64,000 bases of DNA from Macrostomum lignano (Eukaryota), in contig NIVC01002200.1 of NCBI GenBank assembly GCA_002269645.1, forward strand, positions 130,216 through 194,215, written 5' to 3'. Of the stretch, positions 1 through 12,234 are shown piece by piece (position 1 is the stretch's first letter; each line of letters starts with the position of its first letter). A program made the translations under genes and the position numbers. The notes under the pieces are model-generated. The model was not told the origin of the DNA. It was given only the letters and a program-made list of their open reading frames with translations, and did not search any database.

Positions 1-127
1 CTTTAACTTATTAATTTTATAAGAAGCACAATAATAATAAGCCAATTCCAACAACTATGGTGACTACCACAAGGTAACTACATAGAAAGTCTAAAATGTT
101 CCAAAACAGTCTCAAATGTGCCTAGCC

Positions 128-402
128 CATGGAGGAAAGAATAGAATCGAGTGCTAATCTGAGCCAGTTATTTTTATCTCGCTCGATTTTCGCTTTTAAC
201 ATCCCTTTCCCCCCCCGTTCTTTCCTATTGGCTGAAAGCATATTTTGATGCGAGCTCGAACTATGCTGGGACAGACCTTTTAGAGGGGAACGAAAGCGAA
301 AACGAGACGAAAAATACTTTGTCTATGGCAGTCACGAGCCAATAAAAGCGAAAATCGAGCGAGATAAAATAACTTGCTTGCACTCCATTCTATTCTTTCA
401 TG
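128..402. mobile_element. MITE with ~70-bp imperfect TIRs, CATG termini and 8-bp TSD (P-element-like non-autonomous element)
   Basis: Left end catggaggaaagaatagaatcgagtgc...gttatttttatctcgctcgattttcgctttta is the reverse complement of the right end taaaagcgaaaatcgagcgagataaaataac...gcactccattctattctttcatg. The direct repeat GCCTAGCC lies at 120-127 and 403-410. Confidence 0.85.
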
Positions 403-704
403 GCCTAGCCCTAGAGTGTCTCAAATATGTCCGAATCATTTCAGATGTCCAAAAATGTCTCACATGTTTAAAGTGTAAAGTGTAAAATACTGATAGATGT
501 GCTCAAAATGTCTCAAAAATGTCTAACCCTGATAGCAAAATTGCGTATCCAATACGTAATTTTATTAATAAATAAATTGGATGTCTCAAGGACGTTCCTG
601 CAACCAAAAAATATTGGATACATCATTTTGCTATGCAGGTAAAGTGTCTTAATGTACTTTAAGTGTCTGAACAATATTCAAGGCGTCTCAAACATGTTTA
701 AAGT

Positions 705-900
705 GTCTACACAGGGCCAGAGCAGCGTCTGACTCTTGCACCCGGGTCCCTGGTTCGATTCCTTGCACAAAAATGCATTCAAGGCTTGTACACCCTGTGT
801 GAGCGTGTGCATGAGTGCCTGCCTGTGTACAGTATTGGCGCGCTTGCATGTGCTCAGGAGTCCCGTCAATACTGCCGCTGAATCAGCCAAGGGCTCACTA
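705..900 (+). mobile_element. tRNA-derived SINE-like fragment
   Basis: Partial tRNA head (agagcagcgtctgactcttg...ggttcgattcc, B box ~752-762). The body gtacaccctgtgtgag...gtacagtattggcgcg recurs at ~45920-45975. Confidence 0.45.
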
Positions 901-1450
901 TGCAGCTAATGACTATGCTGCCTAAAAGTACAAATAAACAAAACGATCCAAAAGCAAGAATGCCAAACTTCAGTCAGATCAGAATAAACAAATGGATATT
1001 CGAGCAATTTATACTTAAAAATAAAACAAACCGGGTCGATTAGGTAATTCGAAGCATTAAAGAAAAAGCCAACAAAAATATTGCCAGAAAAGATAAGCCA
1101 AATTTGTGTACAAAAATACAGTAACAGACAAGTGAGTGAAATGGACGAATAAAATAATTATTGTTATAACAGTGCATAAAATCATATTAGCATATAATGA
1201 CTGACAGTAAAACACTATGGCAATAATCAATGTATTTAAAATATTTGTTATAATGATTAACTCGAATAATAATATATAAAAACTACACCATACTGACAAT
1301 CAATAAAAATCATTATTTAGGTACGTACACATTAAGTGACAAAAATTGTACCTATAGCATTCATCATTTCTGGGATAAAATGTCTCAACTACATACTCAT
1401 ACTATTGCTTGTAAATATACTGAAAATAATATGCAGTCACCAATTATCTA

Positions 1451-2600
1451 GCTAGCTAACTAATTAGCTATCCAGGAAACTAATCAGCTATCCAGGTAAC
1501 TAATCAGCTATCCAGGTAACTAATCAGCTATCCAGGTAACTAATCAGCTATCCAGGTAACTAATCACCTATCCAGGTAACTAATCAGCTGCTATCCAGGT
1601 AACTAATTAGCTATCCAGGAAACTAATCAGCTATCCAGGTAACTAATCAGCTATCCAGGTAACTAATCAGCTATCCAGGTAACTAATCAGCTGCTATCCA
1701 GGTAACTAATTAGCTATCCAGGAAACTAATCAGCTATCCAGGTAACTAATTAGCTATCCAGGTAACTAATCAGCTATCCAGGTAACTAATCAGCTATCCA
1801 GGTAACTAATTAGCTATCCAGGTAACTAATCAGCTATCCAGGTAACTAATCAGCTATCCAGGTGACTAATCAGCTATCCAGGTAACTAATTAGCTATCCA
1901 GGTAACTAATCAGCTATCCAGGTAACTAATCAGCTATCCAGGTAACTAATCAGCTATCCAGGTAACTAATCAGCTATCCAGGTGACTAATCAGCTATCCA
2001 GGTAACTAATCAGCTATCCAGGTAACTAATTAGCTATCCAGGTAACTAATCAGCTATCCAGGTGACTAATCAGCTATCCAGGTAACTAATCAGCTGCTAT
2101 CCAGGTAACTAATTAGCTATCCAGGAAACTAATCAGCTATCCAGGTAACTAATTAGCTATCCAGGTAACTAATCAGCTATCCAGGTAACTAATTAGCTAT
2201 CCAGGTAACTAATCAGCTATCCAGGTAACTAATTAGCTATCCAGGTAACTAATCAGCTATCCAGGTAACTAATCAGCTATCCAGGTAACTAATCAGCTAT
2301 CCAGGTAACTAATCAGCTATCCAGGTAACTAATCAGCTATCCAGGTAACTAATCAGCTATCCAGGTAACTAATCAGCTATCCAGGTAACTAATCAGCTAT
2401 CCAGGTAACTAATCAGCTATCCAGGTAACTAATCAGCTATCCAGGAAACTAATCAGCTATCCAGGTAACTAATCAGCTATCCAGGTAACTAATCAGCTAT
2501 CCAGGTAACTAATTAGCTATCCAGGTAACTAATTAGCTATCCAGGTAACTAATCAGCCTCCCAGGTAACTAATGAGCCCTCCAGATAACTAATTAGACAT
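1451..2600. repeat. 20-bp minisatellite (GGTAACTAATCAGCTATCCA)n, ~55 copies
   Basis: Direct reading; variants tag/cag, gaa/gta and an occasional +3 nt ctg. Confidence 0.97.
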
Positions 2601-2660
2601 CTAGGGAACTAATCAGCAATGTCACTACAATCAAACTTACTCCAATCCATGTCAGTATTC

Positions 2661-5600
2661 CTAAGCCCCAACTGAGCGATCAAAGTGTCGCAAATAGCGC
2701 AGCAAATTCTGCATAGTAACAAGGTCGGCCTTACCAAAGCTGAAGCCGAACCTAAACAGGATGTCAAGCAAGCTGCGTCTGCCGGGAAAGCGGAACGAGT
2801 CGATGTCGGGCCGCTGGAACAGGCCCGGCTGAAGGCTGTTCCCGAGCTCCAGCAGCCCGTCAAAGATGAGGTCGCAGTCGCGGTACACGAAGAACAGCGG
2901 CCTGCGGGTGCCCAAGCAGTGCTGCAGCAGGGACCTGGCGTGGCTGCCTTCACGGCGCAGCTCCTCGAACAGCGGCTCGTCCAGCACAAATAGGAAAATG
3001 GTTTGATGAAGCTGCTGCTCCAGTAGCTGCTGCGGGCCGATATTTACTGGCTTCGAATCCAAGTGCCTTAACCTTACTGGGATTTTATCCCTATCCGTAT
3101 TCCCAATACACTTTCCATTATCCACATTCTCAGAATCACCTGTCATCATCAGTATTCCGATGAAAATTCCCAATACTGATTCCCAGCATCCCCAATCCCG
3201 ATTCCCAGCATCCCCAATCCCGGTTCCCAGCATCCCCAATCCTGATTCCCAGCATCCCCAATCCCGATTCCCAGCATCCCCAATCCCGATTCCCAGCATC
3301 CCCGATCTCGATTCCCAGCATCACCAATCCCGATTCCCAGCATCCCCAATCCCGATTCCCAGCATCCCCAATCCGGATTCCCAGCATCTCCAATCCCGAT
3401 TTCCATCATCACTAATGACGATTCCCAGCAGCATATTTCTTCAAACGAGTAAGTATAAGCTGCAGACAAAGCCGGAACCTGTTTAATGCCAATAGCAGCA
3501 TTGCAAAGCCCTCACCTGCGTAACACCGTCAGCGTAAGCACTTGGCCCAGGCGAACATTTCCAGTCGGTCTCAAAGCAGACATCGTAGGGAATGAGCTCC
3601 ACGCTGGCGGGCTCCGCACAGGCAATGAATTTGCCCAACTGCGGGTCCAAGTCCCCCAAACTGACGGCTCCGCTAGCGCAGATGCGCACAGCGGCGCGGC
3701 GAAGCGTCAGACCAGCCGGCTGCGCTGCGCTGCCCCGGCCTGCCAGCCGGCCAGCCAAGCTGTGCAGCAGCCGGCGTAGCGGACTCAGCGGCGACCTGCG
3801 ATATGGGGGCTCTTCTTCGAGCAGCTCGAACAGAATGACGGCCGCCAGTTCCAGACGATTTCTGTCGATCAATCCGACAAGAAAGCTGCGAACTTGGTTG
3901 CCAGCCTGCCTGCTGATGTGCTGCACCAGCTGGTCCTGACATATGACATGGTTATTACAAGTTATTAGCAGGGGAGCGGTGAACTTGTAAGTAGCTTGAA
4001 CGCAGTGCCGCACTCTCTCACAGCAGTGCAGCACTCTCACACAGCAGTGCAGCACTCTCTCACAGCAGTGCAGCACTCTCACACAGCAGCAGTGCAGCAC
4101 TCTCTCACAGCAGTGCAGCACTCTCTCACAGCAGTGCAGCACTCTCTCACAGCAGCAGTGCAGCACTTTATCACAGCAGTGCAGCACTCTCACAGCAGCA
4201 GTGCAGCACTCTCACACAGCAGCAGTGCAGCACTCTCTCACAGCAGTGCAGCACTTTATAACAGCAGCAGTGCAGCACTCTCTCACAGCAGCAGTGCAGC
4301 ACTCTCTCACAGCAGTGCAGCACTCTCTCACAGCAGCAGTGCAGCACTCTCTCACAGCAGTGCAGCACTCTCTCACAGCAGTGCAGCACTCTCTCACAGC
4401 AGCAGTGCAGCACTTTATCACAGCAGTGCAGCACTCTCACAGCAGCAGTGCAGCACTCTCACACAGCAGCAGTGCAGCACTCTCTCACAGCAGTGCAGCA
4501 CTTTATAACAGCAGCAGTGCAGCACTCTCTCACAGCAGCAGTGCAGCACTCTCTCACAGCAGTGCAGCACTCTCTCACAGCAGTGCAGCACTTTATCACA
4601 GCAGTGCAGCACTTGATCGCAGCAGCAGTGCAGCAATCTCTCACAGCAGTGCAGCACTCTCTCACAGCAGCAGTGCAGCACTCTCTCACAGCAGTGCAGC
4701 ACTCTCTCACAGCAGTGCAGCACTTTATAACAGCAGCAGTGCAGCACTCTCTCACAGCAGCAGTGCAGCACTCTCTCACAGCAGTGCAGCACTCTCTCAC
4801 AGCAGCAGTGCAGCACTCTCTCACAGCAGTGCAGCAATATCTCACAGCAGTGCAGCAATCTCTCACAGCAGTGCAGCACTCTCTCACAGCAGTGCAGCAA
4901 TCTCTCACAGCAGTGCAGCACTTTATCGCAGCAGCAGTGCAGCACTCTCACACAGCAGCAGTGCAGCACTTTATCGCAGCAGCAGTGCAGCACTCTCACA
5001 CAGCAGCAGTGCAGCACTCTCTCACAGCAGCAGTGCAGCACTCTCTCACAGCAGCAGTGCAGCACTCTCACACAGCAGTGCAGCACTTTATCGCAGCAGC
5101 AGTGCAGCACTCTCACACAGCAGCAGTGCAGCACTCTCACACAGCAGCAGTGCAGCACTCTCTCACAGCAGCAGTGCAGCACTCTCTCACAGCAGCAGTG
5201 CAGCACTCTCTCACAGCAGTGCAGCACTTTATAACAGCAGCAGTGCAGCACTCTCTCACACAGCAGCATATCACACATGACACCATAGCACATCATAGCA
5301 CTCACCACGCTCATGCCCATTATGGTCTGAAAGTCCAGGTTCTGAACCAAGCCAATGTTGACTACAAAATCGTGACCCAACACCGGGTTCTGAAGCCGAG
5401 CCAGGTACAACTTGAATAGAGATTCTCCTCTGCTACTGATGTCGCCCAGAGGAGACTGCAGTCGCCGTGCCAGCTGCACAGACTTGGCCTCTGCCAGGTG
5501 TACAAGACCGGCAAGAGACCCAGACCCGAAGCTGCGCAGGTGGTCGCAGCGCCGCAGGAAGTCAGCAAACCGAATCAGCTTGCTTGAACGATCTGCAAGA

Positions 5601-5968
5601 TTCTCCTCCCAGAGGTGCAGCAGTTTCAGCAGGCAGCACCGCAGCTCTGCAAAGTCCTCTGGCTGCAGCTGGTACAGCTGCTGAACTGTCACCAGCTGGT
5701 CCATCAGTTTAACTAACAGCACTTCGCCTCTAAGGCTCATCGCTTCATTGGATGTCAGGTTAACAAGACGGAGTATGTCTCTAGTGGATTCACTGTGGAC
5801 AATGCTGTGCAGCGCACTCAGTAGGTCAGTCAGAATCAGCTTTGATGCTTCTGGTAAGTAGCCAAATAAGGCGAGTGGCAGTGAGCCATGCCTGTCTAAG
5901 ACCTCATCATCTCTATTGTTGTTGAGTGGCTGCTCCATGTCTGACATTGCAGCAATGTAGAATGCCAT
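2661..5968 (-). CDS. Uncharacterised multi-exon gene, paralog A; possible death-domain + TIR-like protein
   Basis: Exon 5968-5306 (GTG|gtgagt, phase 0), exon ~3983-3516 (CAG|gtgagg), last exon ~3080-2661 (TAG). The non-repetitive parts of ORFs 4418..5968, 3483..4193 and 2661..3299 are conserved in paralog B. The last-exon acceptor is not resolved and the domain call is by-eye inference. Confidence 0.7.
3165..3430. repeat. 22-bp intronic minisatellite (TTCCCAGCATCCCCAATCCCGA)n
   Basis: About 11 copies in intron 2 of paralog A. Confidence 0.93.
4005..5270. repeat. 21/24-bp intronic minisatellite (CAGCAGTGCAGCACTCTCTCA)n
   Basis: Fills intron 1 of paralog A; the same unit occurs at 10865-11460. 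Confidence 0.97.
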
Positions 5969-6046
5969 TCAAGTTGGTACATAATTGAGTTTTGTCTAAA
6001 GCAGATTGGGGTTTACTGTTTACATAATTCCTGTCCTGTCCGATCT

Positions 6047-6910
6047 CCACCTAAGGCATGACTGTATTAAAATAAATTCCTGTCCAATCCCCACCTAAGG
6101 CGTGACCATATTAAAATAAATTCCTGTCCAATCCCCACCTAAGGCGTGACCATATTAAAATAAACTCCTGTCCAATCCCCACCTAAAGTGGGACTGCATT
6201 TACCTAATTCCTGTCCGATATCTACCTAAAGTGGGACTGTATTTACCTAATTCCTGTCCGATATCTACCTAAAGTGGGACTGTATTTACCTAATTCCTGT
6301 CCGATATCTACCTAAAGTGGGACTGTATTTACCTAATTCCTGTCCGATATCTACCTAAAGTGGGACTGTATTTACCTAATTCCTGTCCGATATCTACCTA
6401 AAGTGGGACTGTATTTACCTAATTCCTGTCCGATATCTACCTAAAGTGGGACTGTATTTACCTAATTCCTGTCCGATATCTACCTAAAGTGGGACTGCAT
6501 TTACCTAATTCCTGTCCGATATCTACCTAAAGTGGGACTGTATTTACCTAATTCCTGTCCGATATCTACCTAAAGTGGGACTGTATTTACCTAATTCCTG
6601 TCCGATATCTACCTAAAGTGGGACTGTATTTACCTAATTCCTGTCCGATATCTACCTAAAGTGGGACTGTATTTACCTAATTCCTGTCCGATATCTACCT
6701 AAAGTGGGACTGTATTTACCTAATTCCTGTCCGATATCTACCTAAAGTGGGACTGTATTTACCTAATTCCTGTCCGATATCTACCTAAAGTGGGACTGTA
6801 TTTACCTAATTCCTGTCCGATATCTACCTAAAGTGGGACTGTATTTACCTAATTCCTGTCCGATATCTACCTAAAGTGGGACTGTATTTACCTCATTCCT
6901 GTCCGACCAT
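6047..6910. repeat. 44-bp then 43-bp tandem array (ACCTAAAGTGGGACTGTATTTACCTAATTCCTGTCCGATATCT)n
   Basis: Three older 44-bp units (cctaaggcgtgaccatattaaaataaattcctgtccaatcccca) followed by ~17 near-identical 43-bp units. Confidence 0.96.
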
Positions 6911-7429
6911 AACCTAAAGTCAACGTTGACGTTCAACTATATGCTTGTAATCAAAAACCACGTGGACAATATTTAACACACTATGCAGATATCTAAATGA
7001 AATAAATCAAGCCAAACAGAATTTACCTGCAAAAATGTAAAAAATCGTTGGAAAATTAGCAACCAAAAAACTGTATACTGCGTTTGCGCAGCGACTATTC
7101 AGCAGCGAATTGCGAAGTAAACGTGTACAAAAGCCTGTCACAAGTATATGTACATGGGTGAATACAATTCAGTTAAATCTAGACATACGAATATACGCTA
7201 ACAAGGTCTCATACCATTATAAATACTTTATATACAAAATCTAAAAACAATTGAAAACAAAATCAACTAATTTAAGCTGCAAGGTAATAAGTACCAAAGT
7301 TTTTTAAGTCTCCGAACCAATTCGGACTATGAGCAAGGCATAAAAGGTGCTTACGAGTACAATATAGAAAGAATTCGCCTATGTTGAGGCAACAGATAAA
7401 GGCTAGATCATCGGTGATAGGGAGCGGAT

Positions 7430-8785
7430 AAGGAACAGATATTGATACAGGGAGCGGATACTGATGCAGGGAGCGGATACTGATGCAGGGAGCGGATACT
7501 GATGCAGGGAGCGGATACTGATACAGGGAGCGGATACTGATACAGGGAGCGGATACTGATACAGGGAGCGGATATTGAGGTAAGGAACGGATACTGATGC
7601 AGGGAGCGGATACTGATACAGGGAGCGGATACTGATACAGGGAGCGGATATTGAGGTAAGGAACGGATACTGATGCAGGGAGCGGATACTGATGCAGGGA
7701 GCGGATACTGATGCAGGGAGCGGATACTGATACAGGGAGCGGATACTGATACAGGGAGCGGATGTACTGATACAGGGAGCGGATATTGAGGTAAGGAACG
7801 GATACTGATGCAGGGGGCGGATACTGATGCAGGGAGCGGATAATGATGCAGGGAGCGGATACTGATACAGGGAGCGGATAATGATGCAGGGAGCGGATAC
7901 TGATGCAGGGAGCGGATAATGATGCAAGGAGCGGATACTGATACAGGGAGCGGATATTGAGGTAAGGAACGGATACTGATGCAGGGGGCGGATACTGATG
8001 CAGGGAGTGGATACTGATACAGGGAGCGGATACTGATACAGGGAGCGGATATTGAGGTAAGGAACGGATACTGATGCAGGGAGCGGATACTGATACAGGG
8101 AGCGGATACTGATACAGGGAGCGGATGTACTGATACAGGGAGCGGATACTGATACAGGGAGCGGATATTGAGGTAAGGAACGGATACTGATGCAGGGAGC
8201 GGATACTGATACAGGGAGCAGATACTGATACAGGGAGCGGATACTGATACAGGGAGCGGATGTACTGATACAGGGAGCGGATACTGATACAGGGAGCGGA
8301 TATTGAGGTAAGGAACGGATACTGATGCAGGGAGCGGATACTGATACAGGGAGCGGATACTGATACAGGGAGCGGATACTGATACAGGGAGCGGATACTG
8401 ATACAGGGAGCGGATGTACTGATACAGGGAGCGGATACTGATACAGGGAGCGGATATTGAGGTAAGGAACGGATACTGATGCAGGGAGCGGATACTGATG
8501 CAGGGAGCGGATACTGATACAGGGAGCAGATACTGATACAGGGAGCGGATACTGATACAGGGAGCGGATGTACTGATACAGGGAGCGGATACTGATACAG
8601 GGAGCGGATATTGAGGTAAGGAACGGATACTGATGCAGGGAGCGGATACTGATACAGGGAGCGGATGTTGAGGTAAGGAACGGATACTGATACAGGGAGC
8701 GGATACTGATGCAGGGAGCGGATACTGATGCAGGGAGCGGATACTGATGCAGGGAGCGGATACTGATGCAGGGAGCGGATACTGA
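7430..8785. repeat. 19-bp minisatellite (AGGGAGCGGATACTGATAC)n with recurring variant units
   Basis: Direct reading; the variant ttgaggtaaggaacggatac recurs every ~3-7 units. Confidence 0.96.
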
Positions 8786-9396
8786 GGTGTTAGCATCTGA
8801 TATTATTAATTCGGGCATAATTAACCTATAACACCCTGAATGCCTTCGAACTGGAAACCAAGCAAAAAATTCAGCATTATTGACACCAAGAACCGGATAC
8901 TAGCACTAATTCCTATTAGAAAAGACAACTTGTCTATCCGTGAAAACAAACTCTAGAATACAATAAACGGGAAGACAGAAAAAAGCACTCAGACTTAGTT
9001 TCGATGATCAATAATGCAATAAAATATGAATCAATAAAGAACTAGATGACTGGATAGATTAGACACTTAAGTTATTGCATAATCTTGGAATATGAAAAGG
9101 CGCCCAGTATATGTGATACTGCACAGAGCGATCAACGAGAGAATATATTGCACACAGAAAAACTGGTTAAAAATTTCATTGCAGCACCAAATTTCTTTAT
9201 TTGATTAAAGACAGAAAGAAGCTCTAGAAATAGAAAAGGCCGTGGCCCAAAAATACTGATTCTATAAACTACATTGTTCTCCACGTGGGGTCATTCTTGC
9301 AACTGGAACTTGTTCTCCAGATGTTCTCCATTGCTGCTGAGTGGGAGGATTGTTCTCCAGATGTGAACTTGCCGTCTCAAGACTGGAACTTGTCTA

Positions 9397-9690
9397 ATGT
9401 CATCAGGGTCACATATCATCCTTGCCTCATGTCATCAGGGCCACATATCATCCTTGCCTCATGTCATCTGGGCCACATATCATCCCTACCTCATGTCATC
9501 TGGGCCACATATCATCCCTACCTCATGTCATCTGGGCCACATATCATCCCTACCTCATGTCATCTGGGCCACATATCATCCCTACCTCATGTCATCTGGG
9601 CCACATATCATCCCTACCTCATGTCATCCGGGTCACAGGTACTCAAGGTCACATATCCTCTAATTTGCCTCGTGTCACCCGGGCCACATG
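9397..9690. repeat. 32-bp minisatellite (CATCTGGGCCACATATCATCCCTACCTCATGT)n
   Basis: About 8 copies just downstream of the paralog B stop codon. Confidence 0.93.
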
Positions 9691-9775
9691 CCACTCTCCC
9701 AGCAAAGCATCTGCCAACGCCATCACAGCCAATCAATCGAAGTTGCCCAAAAAGCAACCAATTCTAAAGTTGCTT

Positions 9776-12160
9776 TTATTCCATCGCAGCGTCTAAACGA
9801 CTTAAACAGCTTATCAGATTCTGCATGGTAACAATTTCGGCTCTCCGACGCATCGCCAATTCGTTGCGACGGCCAGCTGGCCAGCCGATGAGGAGCGGGC
9901 AAAACCGGGAACATCCAACTGTTGACGTGGTTTCAGACAGGCAAACCGTCTGTCCAGGAAAGCGGAACGAGTCGATGTCGGGCCGCTTGAACAGGCCCGG
10001 CTGAAGGCTGTTCCCGAGCTCCAGCAGCCCGTCAAAGATGAGGTCGCAGTCGCGGTACACGAAGAACAGCGGCCGGCGGGTGCCCAAGCAGTGCTGCAGC
10101 AGGGACCTGGCGTGGCTGCCTTCACGGCGCAGCTCCTCGAACAGCGGCTCGTCCAGCACAAATAGGAAAATGGTTTGATGAAGCTGCTGCTCCAGTAGCT
10201 GCTGCGGGCCGATATTTACTGGATACGAATCCAAGTGCCTTAACCTTACTGGGATTTGATCCCTAGCCGTACTCTTACAATATCCATTCCATAATCCACA
10301 TTCCCAGAATCAATCCCCAATCTCAATTCCAAAATCATGAATCCAGACTTCTTCTGCAATCCCTGTTTAAAGAATCCCCATTTCCAATTCCAAACATCCC
10401 CAATCCAAATGTCCAGCAGGTCTCACCGACATCACCCAATCAGAGTAGCAAAATCCATCATCTGCAGCGAAGGTCCAGTCAGTCTCAAAGCAGACATCGT
10501 AGGGAATGAGCTCCACGCTGGCGGGCTCCGCACAGGCAATGCATTTGCCAAACTGCGGGTCCAAGTCCGCCAAACTGACGGCTCCGCTAGCGCAGATGCG
10601 CACAGCGGCGCGGCGAAGCGTCAGGCCAGCCGGCTGCGCTGGCGGCGGCGCGAAGTTCGACGGATTTGCATCTTCGAGCAGCTCGAACAGAATGACGGCC
10701 GCCAGTTCCAGACGATTTCTGTCGATCAATCCGACAAGAAAGCCGCGAACTTGGTTGCCAGCCTGCCTGCTGATGTGCTGCACCAGCTGGTCCTGACATG
10801 TGACATGGTTATTACAAGTTATTAGCAGGGGAGCGGTGAACTTGTAAGTAGCTTGAACGCAGTGCCGCACTCTCTCACAGCAGTGCAGCACTCTCACACA
10901 GCAGCAGTGCAGCACTCTCTCACAGCAGTGCAGCACTTTATAACAGCAGCAGTGCAGCACTTTATAACAGCAGCAGTGCAGCACACTCTCACAGCAGCAG
11001 TGCAGCACTTTATCACAGCAGTGCAGCACTTGATCGCAGCAGCAGTGCAGCAATCTCTCACAGCAGTGCAGCAATCTCTCACAGCAGTGCAGCACTTTAT
11101 CACAGCAGCAGTGCAGCACTCTCTCACAGCAGTGCAGCACTTTATCACAGCAGCAGTGCAGCACTCTCTCACAGCAGTGCAGCACCCTCTCTCACAGCAG
11201 CAGTGCAGCACTCTCTCACAGCAGCAGTGCAGCACTCTCTCACAGCAGTGCAGCACTCTCTCACAGCAGCAGTGCAGCACTCTCTCACAGCAGCAGTGCA
11301 GCACTTTATAACAGCAGCAGTGCAGCACTCTCTCACAGCAGCAGTGCAGCACTCTCTCACAGCAGTGCAGCACTTTATAACAGCAGCAGTGCAGCACTCT
11401 CTCACAGCAGCAGTGCAGCACTCGCACACAGCAGCAGTGCAGCACTCGCACACAGCAGCATATCACACATGACACCATAGCACATCATAGCACTCACCAC
11501 GCTCATGCCCATTATGGTCTGAAAGTCCAGGTTCTGAACCAAGCCAATATTGACTACAAAATCGTGACCCAACACCGGGTTCTGAAGCCGAGCCAGGTAC
11601 AACTTGAATAGAGATTCTCCTCTGCTACTGATGTCGCCCAGAGGAGACTGCAGTCGCCGTGCCAGCTGCACAGACTTGGCCTCTGCCAGGTGTACAAGAC
11701 CGGCAAGAGACCCAGACCCGAAGCTGCGCAGGTGGTCGCAGCGCCGCAGGAAGTCAGCAAACCGAATCAGCTTGCTTGAACGATCTGCAAGATTCTCCTC
11801 CCAGAGGTGCAGCAGTTTCAGCAGGCAGCACCGCAGCTCTGCAAAGTCCTCTGGCTGCAGCTGGTACAGCTGCTGAACTGTCACCAGCTGGTCCATCAGT
11901 TTAACTAACAGCACTTCGCCTCTAAGGCTCATCGCTTCATTGGATGTCAGGTTAACAAGACGGAGTATGTCTCTAGTGGATTCACTGTGGACAATGCTGT
12001 GCAGCGCACTCAGTAGGTCAGTCAGAATCAGCTTTGATGCTTCTGGTAAGTAGCCAAATAAGGCGAGTGGCAGTGAGCCATGCCTGTCTAAGACCTCATC
12101 ATCTCTATTGTTGTTGAGTGGCTGCTCCATGTCTGACATTGCATCAATGTAGAATGCCAT
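9776..12160 (-). CDS. Uncharacterised multi-exon gene, paralog B (tandem duplicate of 2661-5968)
   Basis: Exon 12160-11498 is nearly identical to 5968-5306. Exon ~10840-10427 ends TCG|gtgaga. Last exon runs ~10270-9776. Shared motifs include YDVCFETDW, QTIFLFVLDEPLF and VTMQNL. Confidence 0.7.
10865..11460. repeat. 21/24-bp intronic minisatellite, shorter array of the 4005-5270 unit
   Basis: Same unit; ~0.6 kb here versus ~1.27 kb in paralog A. Confidence 0.96.
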
Positions 12161-12234
12161 TCAAGTTGGTACATAATTGAGTTTTGTCTAAAGCAAATTG
12201 GGGTTTACTGTTTACATAATTCCTGTCCTGTCCG

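Noticed and set aside
6180-6910. CRISPR-like regular arrays (also 46265-47790 and 48260-48925)
   Set aside because: Units are head-to-tail with no unique spacers, there are no cas genes, and the context is eukaryotic.
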